A stretch of 64,000 nt of DNA, taken from the NCBI GenBank assembly GCA_035632695.1, contig DASQGG010000027.1, positions 2,073-66,072 of the forward strand, written 5' to 3'. Positions within the stretch are counted from its first letter, which is position 1. Every line of letters starts with the position of its first letter. Shown here in pieces: positions 57,562 through 64,000 of this stretch. The translations under genes were made by a program, and so were the position numbers. The notes under the pieces were generated by a model. It worked only from the letters and a program-made list of their open reading frames with translations. It ran no database searches and was not told where the DNA came from. Origin of the DNA: Thermoplasmata archaeon (GTDB lineage: Archaea > Thermoplasmatota > Thermoplasmata > RBG-16-68-12).

Positions 57562-58552
57562 CGTCGAACGCCACATGATGCTGGGTCGGAGCATAGGCAC
57601 GTACGGTGTGGATCGTGAGCGCAGCTACCTTCCTCCCGGATCGTTCCACGATCGTCCGGATGGCACGCGCGCGGTCCTCCTGATCCGCGTCCTCCAGGAT
57701 GGCGTAGACGTGGACGGTTCCGCGGGGAGCGAGGGCCCCCAGGGCGGTCGGGAGGAACTCCATGGCGGAATGGGGGAGATCCAAGATGATTCGGTCCGCC
57801 GGTGCGATCGCACGGAGGATGGCCTTGGCGTCTCCCTCGCGCACCTCGACCCGGTCCGCGCGGTTCGCGGCCACGTTCCGCCGGAGCAGCTCGACGGCCA
57901 CCGGATTGGCGTCCGAGGCGACGACCCTGCGAGGATCCCGTCGGCGAGCGATCAGGATGGCATACGGGCCGACGCCGGCGAACGGGTCCGCGACCACCTC
58001 GTGGGGCGCCACGAGCTCCGCGACGCGCCACCGCTCGCTCCCGAGCCGCGGGCTGAAGTAGGACCGCGCCACGTCCACGCGGTAGCGGAGGCCGTACTCG
58101 GTGTGGTCGGTTTCCGTCCGCGGTTCGCCCGCCACGATCTCGAGATCGCGGATGCGGAGTTTCCCCGTGACGCCCCGGTCCTGGGCGACCACGCGGAGCT
58201 TTCGATTCCAGGCCAGGATCGCCCGACCGATCTCCGCGCGGTGCGGAGCCAGGGGCTCCGGGATCTTGAGGACCGCGATGTCCCCGATCACGTCGAAGGA
58301 AGTCGGGAGCTGGTGCCGCAGCGCGTCGGGCACGCGCACGACGTCCTTGTAGCTCCGGATCGGCGTGAACGCTTCCTCGAACTCCCGCTCTTCCGCGGGC
58401 CAGCCCATGTCCACGCGCTGGGAGGTCGGGATCCGCAGGCGGCCCTCGGCCTCCTGCACCTTGAGGTGCTTCTGGAGCGCCGCACGATCCTTGAGTGCGC
58501 GGCGGACCTCCTCGCCTCGCTCCCGCGGCACGACCACGCACCAGGACCGCAC
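57410..58552 (-). CDS. trm5: tRNA (guanine37-N1)-methyltransferase Trm5 (or Taw2 paralog)
   Basis: Trm5/Tyw2 class I MTase core (ADPFAGVGPYAI, NP-P-like DLPH region) with an N-terminal D1 domain. The C-terminal 45 aa is an Arg-rich low-complexity tail that overlaps dcd by 150 nt. Confidence 0.75.
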   Translation of the reverse strand: MRSWCVVVPRERGEEVRRALKDRAALQKHLKVQEAEGRLRIPTSQRVDMGWPAEEREFEEAFTPIRSYKDVVRVPDALRHQLPTSFDVIGDIAVLKIPEPLAPHRAEIGRAILAWNRKLRVVAQDRGVTGKLRIRDLEIVAGEPRTETDHTEYGLRYRVDVARSYFSPRLGSERWRVAELVAPHEVVADPFAGVGPYAILIARRRDPRRVVASDANPVAVELLRRNVAANRADRVEVREGDAKAILRAIAPADRIILDLPHSAMEFLPTALGALAPRGTVHVYAILEDADQEDRARAIRTIVERSGRKVAALTIHTVRAYAPTQHHVAFDVTVGPRSRRAAPGRSRTAPRRSRRRETRAPGRRSGRTAPRRGRRGSRPMR

Positions 58553-58637
58553 GGCCGAGCCATGGTCGGAGCCTATGAAGAGCTTTCGGGCGAGGCGAGG
58601 CCAAGCTTCATGGATGCCCGGACGGTTCCGTCGCGGG

Positions 58638-59417
58638 ATGGGGGAACTCGTGTTCGTCGGGCTCGGTCTTCACGACGAGAAGGGGATCACCCTGCGCGGC
58701 CTGGAGGAGGCGCACGCCGCGGACCTGGTGTTCGCGGAGTTCTACACGTCTGCCCTCATGGGCGCCCGGCTCCCGTCCGTGGAAGCCCTCGTGGGAAGGC
58801 CCGTCCGGCGCCTGTCCCGGGAGCAGGTGGAACGCGGGACGGAGATCCTTGACGCGGCGAAGGTCCGCCGGGTGGCCTTCCTCGTCGCGGGGGACCCCAT
58901 GGCGGCGACGACCCACGTCGACCTCCGCCTCCGAGCCGCGGCGGCCGGCATCCCCACGCGGATTGTACACGGGGTTTCCATTCTCACGGCCGCGGCAGGC
59001 ACCCTGGGCCTCCAGGCGTACAAGTTCGGCCGGACGACGACCGTCCCGTTCCCCTCGCCCGGGTTCCACCCCACGAGCCCCCTGGACCCCAATCTGGAGA
59101 ACCGTCACGCGGGCCTGCACACCCTGGTCCTGCTCGACCTCCGCGAGGACGGGACGTTCCTGGACCCCAAGGAAGCCATCGGCTCCCTGTTGGCGATGGC
59201 GAAGGACGCGTCCGCCGCGGAATTCGGTCCCCGGACCCTCGTCTGCGTCCTGAGCCGCGTGGGTTCCCCTGACGTCCGTGTGGTCTCCGGCGCCGCGGCG
59301 GACCTGGTCAAGCGGGACCTGGGGCCGCCCCTCCACAGCCTCGTGGTCCCCGGCGCCCTGCACTTCCTCGAGAAGGACGCCCTCGTCGCGTTCGCCGGGG
59401 CGCCTCACGATCTCTGA
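58638..59417 (+). CDS. dph5: Diphthine synthase
   Basis: Tetrapyrrole-methylase fold with GELVFVGLGL and GDPMAATTH motifs. About 259 aa from the internal ATG at 58638. Confidence 0.9.
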   Translation: MGELVFVGLGLHDEKGITLRGLEEAHAADLVFAEFYTSALMGARLPSVEALVGRPVRRLSREQVERGTEILDAAKVRRVAFLVAGDPMAATTHVDLRLRAAAAGIPTRIVHGVSILTAAAGTLGLQAYKFGRTTTVPFPSPGFHPTSPLDPNLENRHAGLHTLVLLDLREDGTFLDPKEAIGSLLAMAKDASAAEFGPRTLVCVLSRVGSPDVRVVSGAAADLVKRDLGPPLHSLVVPGALHFLEKDALVAFAGAPHDL

Positions 59418-60166
59418 GCCGGCTTCCTCGCGAGCTCCGCCAGGTGCTCGACCCGCCAGAAACTGATCTCCAGGCTGTACGTGTGCTTGAACTCGTGCCC
59501 GCTCCACCGGTGGCGCAGCTCCCGCATGACCTGGCGGTGGATCTTCTCCGGCGTGCCCCACTGCGAGGAGAAGGACCGTTGCTCGAGCCCCTCGAGGATG
59601 AGGTCTGCGGGCACGACGTCCTCGAACGGTCCCACGGGCATGACCAGGTCGGGCGGCAGGATGTCCGGCAGGTTCCGCTCGTGGAGCCCGGGCGGAGACC
59701 ACGTGTAGCCCGCGTCCGCGGCGAGGCGGTCGTACTCCCGGTGCAGGTTCGTCGTGCGGCCCGAGCGCTCGAGGATGCTGAAGTAGCTGTCCCGGGTCAC
59801 GCGGACGATCTCCAGGAGGACCTCCCGCCAATCCGGGACCAGGTGGAGCACGTGGTTCGTGGTCGCGAGGTCGAACCCTCGTGCGGTGAAGGGCAGGCGG
59901 GCGCCGTCCGCGAGGACCACGTTCCGCAGGCCCTTGCCCAGGCCCAGCTCGACCATCTTGTGGGAGATGTCCACGCCGACCACGTCGATGCCGCTCTTCT
60001 GCAGCGGGACCGCGTAGCGGCCCGTTCCCACGCCGACCTCGAGGACATGCTTGCCCAGGAGCTGATCCACCAGGATCCCGAGGACGTGGGCCATGACCTT
60101 GGGAGACAGGGCCCGGGTCTCGTCGTAGGTCGCCGCGACGCGGTCGAAGGAGAGGCGCACGGGCAT
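59405..60166 (-). CDS. Class I SAM-dependent methyltransferase
   Basis: Motif I (VLEVGVGTGRYA) and motif II (VLADGARLPF). Start taken at MPVRLSF. Confidence 0.7.
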   Translation of the reverse strand: MPVRLSFDRVAATYDETRALSPKVMAHVLGILVDQLLGKHVLEVGVGTGRYAVPLQKSGIDVVGVDISHKMVELGLGKGLRNVVLADGARLPFTARGFDLATTNHVLHLVPDWREVLLEIVRVTRDSYFSILERSGRTTNLHREYDRLAADAGYTWSPPGLHERNLPDILPPDLVMPVGPFEDVVPADLILEGLEQRSFSSQWGTPEKIHRQVMRELRHRWSGHEFKHTYSLEISFWRVEHLAELARKPAQRS

Positions 60167-60276
60167 GGGTGGAGCCGCAAAGGCACGCGACGATAAAAGG
60201 GTGCCCGGTAAACCTCGGGAGACGGCCCTCCCGAAGACGATAGTTTCACCCATCTCCCCGTCTTACCCTCTTATGT

Positions 60277-61254
60277 ATGGTCAAGGATGACAAGCCAGGT
60301 GACAAGGTGGCCACCTCAGTGAAAGCGGTGGAAGACCTCAACGGCGTGGGCCCGGCAACGGCCGAGAAGCTCCGCGAGGCCGGGTACACGGACCTCATGA
60401 GCCTCGCGGTCGCGACCCCGGATTCGGTCGCGGAGGCCACGGAGATCGGAACGAACGTTGCGCAGAAGATCATCGCCGCCGCGCGCGAAGCGGTCGACGT
60501 GGGCGGCTTCGAGACGGGCGACGTCATCCTGGAGCGGCGGAAGAGCGTCGCCAAGCTGACGACCTGCTCGAAGGCCTTCGACGAGCTCCTCGGCGGCGGG
60601 CTCGAGACCCAGGCAATCACGGAGTGCTTCGGCGAGTTCGGCAGCGGGAAGAGCCAGCTGGGCCACCAGCTTGCGGTGAACGTGACCCGCGGCGAGGACG
60701 AGGGTGGCCTGGACGGCGACACGGTCTGGATTGACACGGAGTCCACGTTCCGTCCCGAGCGCATCCGCCAGATGTCTGAGGCGCTCGAACTGGACACCGA
60801 GGCGATCCTGAAGCGCATCCACGTGGCGCGGGCATTCAACAGCCACCACCAGATGCTCCTCATGGAGAAGGCTCACGAGATGACGAAGGACTTCCCCGTC
60901 CGGCTCGTCGTGATCGACTCCCTCACGGCCCATTTCCGCGCGGAGTACATCGGCCGCGGCGTGCTCGCGGAACGCCAGCAGCTCCTGAACAAGCACATCC
61001 ACGAGCTCATGCGCTTCGGGGACGTCCAAAACGCCGCGATCTACGTGACAAACCAGGTGGCGGCGAAGCCGGACGCGTTCTTCGGCGACCCCACGCGACC
61101 CATCGGCGGCCACATCGTCGGGCACAGCGCGACCTTCCGCGTCTACCTGCGCAAGTCCAAGGGCGGCAAGCGCATCGCGCGATTGATCGACTCCCCGAAC
61201 ATGCCCGAGGCCGAGGCGGTCTTCACGGTCTCCGAGGAAGGCATTCGCGACTGA
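60277..61254 (+). CDS. radA: DNA repair and recombination protein RadA
   Basis: N-terminal HhH domain, Walker [10 protein letters not shown], Walker B and the RecA-fold L1/L2 loops. 325 aa, typical of archaeal RadA. Confidence 0.95.
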   Translation: MVKDDKPGDKVATSVKAVEDLNGVGPATAEKLREAGYTDLMSLAVATPDSVAEATEIGTNVAQKIIAAAREAVDVGGFETGDVILERRKSVAKLTTCSKAFDELLGGGLETQAITECFGEFGSGKSQLGHQLAVNVTRGEDEGGLDGDTVWIDTESTFRPERIRQMSEALELDTEAILKRIHVARAFNSHHQMLLMEKAHEMTKDFPVRLVVIDSLTAHFRAEYIGRGVLAERQQLLNKHIHELMRFGDVQNAAIYVTNQVAAKPDAFFGDPTRPIGGHIVGHSATFRVYLRKSKGGKRIARLIDSPNMPEAEAVFTVSEEGIRD

Positions 61255-61285
61255 GGCCCCGCGTGTCACGCCGTGTCGGGACAGG

Positions 61286-62401
61286 TTGAAGTATCGTCCT
61301 GCCCGTGTACGTCGCGTGGACACGGGGCTCCTCCTCATTCCCGGGCCGGTCCCTCTCCATCCCCTCGTGCAGGAGGAACTCGCGAAGCCCGCGCTCCCCC
61401 ACTACGGCGACGCGTGGATCAAGGCGTTCGCCGAGACCCAGGACCTGATGCGATTCCTCTGGGAGGCGCCGAAAGGCCGGGTGTTCCCGATGCTGGGTCC
61501 TGGCCATGTGGCCCTCGAGTCCCTCGCGTTCACGTTTCTCCGGCCCCGGGATCGGGTCATCGTCCTCGACAACGGGTTCTTCGGAGAACGGCTCGCGGAA
61601 GTCCTCGCGACCCACCGCGTCGAGGTGGATGTCGTGCACTCCGCATGGGGCGCGGGCCTCGACCTGGCCCGGCTGAAGACGGCGCTCTCGCGGCCTGCGA
61701 AGGCGGTCGCGTTCATCCACAACGAGACCTCGACGGGTCTGACAAACTCCATGGAGGAGGTCGTCGAACTGGCCCACGCGAAGGACGCGTTCGTCCTCGT
61801 CGATGCGGTGTCCTCTCTCGGCGGCATCCCGTTCGCGGGCGGTCGTCTCCGGATCGATGCCGCGTTCAGCGCGAGCCAGAAGTGCCTTGCCGCGCCCGCG
61901 GGGATCTCCCCGATCCTGGTCGCGTCCTCCCTGTGGGAGGCCACGGATCCCACGACGGTGGAGGGCTGGTACCTGAATCTCTTCACCTGGGACAAGTACC
62001 AGCGCGAGTGGGGCGACTGGCATCCGACACCCACCACGATCTCCTCGAACCTGTTCTACGCGGTCCGCCGCGCCCTGCTCCTGGTGAAGGAGGAGGGGTT
62101 GGAGCCGCGGTTTGGCCGCCATGCCCGCGCCGCCGCGCGCCTCCGAAGCGGCTTGGAGGACCTCGGCTTCGATGCCGTCGCTGCGCCCGAGTTGGCCTCG
62201 AACACGGTGACCTGCATGCGTCCGCCTCCGGGCATCGACGCCGCTGCCCTGGTCCAGGGACTCAGGGAGAAGCACAATATCTTCATCTCCGGAGGGCTCG
62301 GGCCGCTCCGCGGCAAGACGATCCGGATTGGGACCATGGGGACCCAGGCGGAGCCCGAGATTGTCGACCGCCTGGTGGCGGCGATGAAGGCCTTGGTCTG
62401 A
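61286..62401 (+). CDS. Class V aminotransferase (serine-pyruvate/alanine-glyoxylate family)
   Basis: PLP-dependent fold type I. A conserved Lys region (SASQKCL) and the class V N-terminal LLIPGPVP motif are present. Confidence 0.85.
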   Translation: MKYRPARVRRVDTGLLLIPGPVPLHPLVQEELAKPALPHYGDAWIKAFAETQDLMRFLWEAPKGRVFPMLGPGHVALESLAFTFLRPRDRVIVLDNGFFGERLAEVLATHRVEVDVVHSAWGAGLDLARLKTALSRPAKAVAFIHNETSTGLTNSMEEVVELAHAKDAFVLVDAVSSLGGIPFAGGRLRIDAAFSASQKCLAAPAGISPILVASSLWEATDPTTVEGWYLNLFTWDKYQREWGDWHPTPTTISSNLFYAVRRALLLVKEEGLEPRFGRHARAAARLRSGLEDLGFDAVAAPELASNTVTCMRPPPGIDAAALVQGLREKHNIFISGGLGPLRGKTIRIGTMGTQAEPEIVDRLVAAMKALV

Positions 62402-62462
62402 GCTCGGGCCTCCTCGGTGCGGGAGGACAAACGTCATTTCCGGGTCTCGCTTTGGCCGGACC

Positions 62463-62948
62463 ATGTCCGTGAACGTCGCGACGCTGCCGATCACGGTGGG
62501 CGTCGGTGCCATCATGGTCCGCGACGGCGGTCTCCTGGTCGTCAAGCGCACGTACGGGGCGCTGAAGGGGATGTGGACGATCCCATCGGGCTACGTCGAG
62601 CCCCACGAGTCCGTCGTGATGACCCTCGAGCGCGAGGTCAAGGAAGAGACCGCGATCGTAGGGCGCGCGGGACGTCTCCTCGCGGTCCGGAACCGCGTGA
62701 CCGCGGATGTGAACGACACGTTCCTCGTCTTCCGCATGGACTACGCGTCGGGCGAGCCGGTCCCGGATGCCCAGGAGGTCAGCGCCGCGGCCTTCGTCCC
62801 GTTGGACACGCTGCGCTCCTCCGCGGAGTCCGCGCCGTTCACGAAGGCGATGATCGAGAAGGCGTTGTCCGCGCGGGGCATGCATCTGGACTCGTACTTC
62901 CCTCCGGGGCCGCGGAAGCCGGGCGAGTACTACCTCCTCTACCTCTGA
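62463..62948 (+). CDS. Nudix hydrolase
   Basis: Nudix box GmWtiPSGyvEphESvvmtLEREVKEETai (Gx5Ex7REUxEExGU). Confidence 0.8.
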   Translation: MSVNVATLPITVGVGAIMVRDGGLLVVKRTYGALKGMWTIPSGYVEPHESVVMTLEREVKEETAIVGRAGRLLAVRNRVTADVNDTFLVFRMDYASGEPVPDAQEVSAAAFVPLDTLRSSAESAPFTKAMIEKALSARGMHLDSYFPPGPRKPGEYYLLYL

Positions 62949-62976
62949 GCGCGAAAGGCCTTATCCCCCGCGGACC

Positions 62977-63609
62977 TTGGGGCGGCCCGTGTCCGCGACC
63001 ATTCCCGCGGTCTGCATCGGGACAAAGTACGTGCTCGACGCGTCCGCGATCGACCGTATCCGCTCCTGCCTGCGCGGCGGCGGGCTGGTCGTCCATCCCA
63101 CGGACACCGTGTACGGCCTCGCCGCGGACCCGTTCCAGACGAAGGCCGTCGATCGACTCTATGCCGCGAAGGCACGCCCGAGGGAGCTGGCGGTCTCCAT
63201 GGCCGTGGCCGACGTCGAGGACATCTTCCGCTTCGGGATGCGCACACCCTTGGCGGAGAATTTCTGCCGCAAGAACCTGCCCGGGCCGTTTACCGTGGTC
63301 CTGAGGGCGACGCGAGAGGCGCCCGCGGCGCTCGTCAACCCGCAGGGTCTGATCGGCCTCCGCATCCCGGATCATCCCATCCCGAGGCTCCTCGCGAGGT
63401 CCTGCGGTCCCATCACGACGACGAGTGCGAACCGGCATGGGCAACCCTCGCCGACCACGTGCGACGAGGCGAAGGCCGAGCTGGGAGACGCCGTGGACCT
63501 CTACATCGACGCGGGGCCTGCGCCTCTCGGCGCGGAGTCCAGCGTGGTGGACCTGTCGGGTCCGAAGGCAAAGGTCCTTAGACAGGGCGCCCTTCCAACG
63601 AGGGCGTGA
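62977..63609 (+). CDS. tsaC: L-threonylcarbamoyladenylate synthase, YrdC/TsaC-type short form
   Basis: YrdC fold motifs (VVHPTDTVYGLAAD, LAVSMA) and a KxR...SANxxG nucleotide-binding region. No Sua5 C-terminal domain. Confidence 0.85.
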   Translation: MGRPVSATIPAVCIGTKYVLDASAIDRIRSCLRGGGLVVHPTDTVYGLAADPFQTKAVDRLYAAKARPRELAVSMAVADVEDIFRFGMRTPLAENFCRKNLPGPFTVVLRATREAPAALVNPQGLIGLRIPDHPIPRLLARSCGPITTTSANRHGQPSPTTCDEAKAELGDAVDLYIDAGPAPLGAESSVVDLSGPKAKVLRQGALPTRA

Positions 63610-63611
63610 GC

Positions 63612-64000
63612 ATGGACCCCGGCGTGCGAGCCGCGCTCCTTGAGGCGGGACGCGTCTCCAAGGAGGCCAAGGAGCGCGCCGCGGAGCTCGTCGCGGACGG
63701 CGTCCTCCTGCTCGACGTCGCGGAAGAGGTCGAGGGCCTCATGCGGAAGCGGGGTCTGCGTCCGTCCTTCCCCACCTGCATCTCGATCGACGACATCGCG
63801 GCCCACTACTCCCCGACCCACGACGACCGCCTGCGCTTCCAGCACGGGAACGTGGTCAAGCTGGATCTGGGCGCGCAGAAGGACGGATGGATCGCGGACA
63901 CCGCGGTGACCGTCGAGGTCGGCACGCGCAACTGGTCACGGCTCATCCAGGCCTCCGAACTCGCGTTGCAGACCGCCATCGAGGCCGTTCACCCGGGCGT
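63612..64000 (+). CDS. map: Methionine aminopeptidase (type 2, archaeal), N-terminal part; the gene continues beyond the window end
   Basis: Open frame from the ATG at 63612 to the window end. It matches archaeal MetAP2 (FPTCISIDDIAAHYSP, GWIADTAVTVEVG with metal-ligand Asp residues). Confidence 0.8.
   Translation, partial: MDPGVRAALLEAGRVSKEAKERAAELVADGVLLLDVAEEVEGLMRKRGLRPSFPTCISIDDIAAHYSPTHDDRLRFQHGNVVKLDLGAQKDGWIADTAVTVEVGTRNWSRLIQASELALQTAIEAVHPG

Overview
The window is 64 kb of a gene-dense, high-GC (about two-thirds G+C by eye) archaeal chromosome. Archaeal hallmarks are RadA, diphthine synthase, pyruvoyl arginine decarboxylase PdaD, TrmY, Trm5, archaeal-type MetAP2, an Ogg2-type glycosylase and TATA-box leaderless promoters. 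It probably comes from a euryarchaeon, possibly Thermoplasmatota-like, but I cannot place the lineage from sequence alone. The high GC makes almost every region carry long antisense 'shadow' ORFs in the six-frame track; I list only the frame with recognisable family signatures.

Content in order:
- ETF module: etfB (partial) and etfA, followed by a membrane-anchored HdrD/CCG Fe-S oxidoreductase on the opposite strand.
- Two tandem SAM-methyltransferase paralogs.
- An oxidative TCA branch cluster: icd, gltA and a LeuCD-type dehydratase.
- ctaB, nth and a proline dehydrogenase.
- Nickel module: nikR divergent from a HoxN NiCoT permease.
- Oxidative-stress/metal island: katG, a frameshifted wHTH regulator remnant, an FNR-like reductase, nickel superoxide dismutase sodN with its maturation peptidase sodX, and acr3-arsC.
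- pepA, then the 8-oxoG repair pair ogg and mutY.
- trmY, an M20 peptidase, NAPRTase and gcvH.
- tRNA-Arg(TCG), followed by an accessory-looking block: a large TPR-DUF835 protein, a beta-propeller/ChrB-like pair, an MFS transporter and a secreted CARDB-like protein.
- Thiolase and hbd.
- A very long (1803 aa) bacterial-type Lhr helicase.
- A VOC protein, a second M20 peptidase, and a cluster of Zn-ribbon proteins around a PrsW-like intramembrane protease.
- pdaD, a GNAT, an Asp/Asn-tRNA ligase, a hemerythrin-like protein, a HIT protein, an acyl-CoA dehydrogenase, dcd, trm5, dph5, radA, a class V aminotransferase, a Nudix hydrolase, tsaC and a partial MetAP.

I found no CRISPR array, rRNA or obvious transposase.
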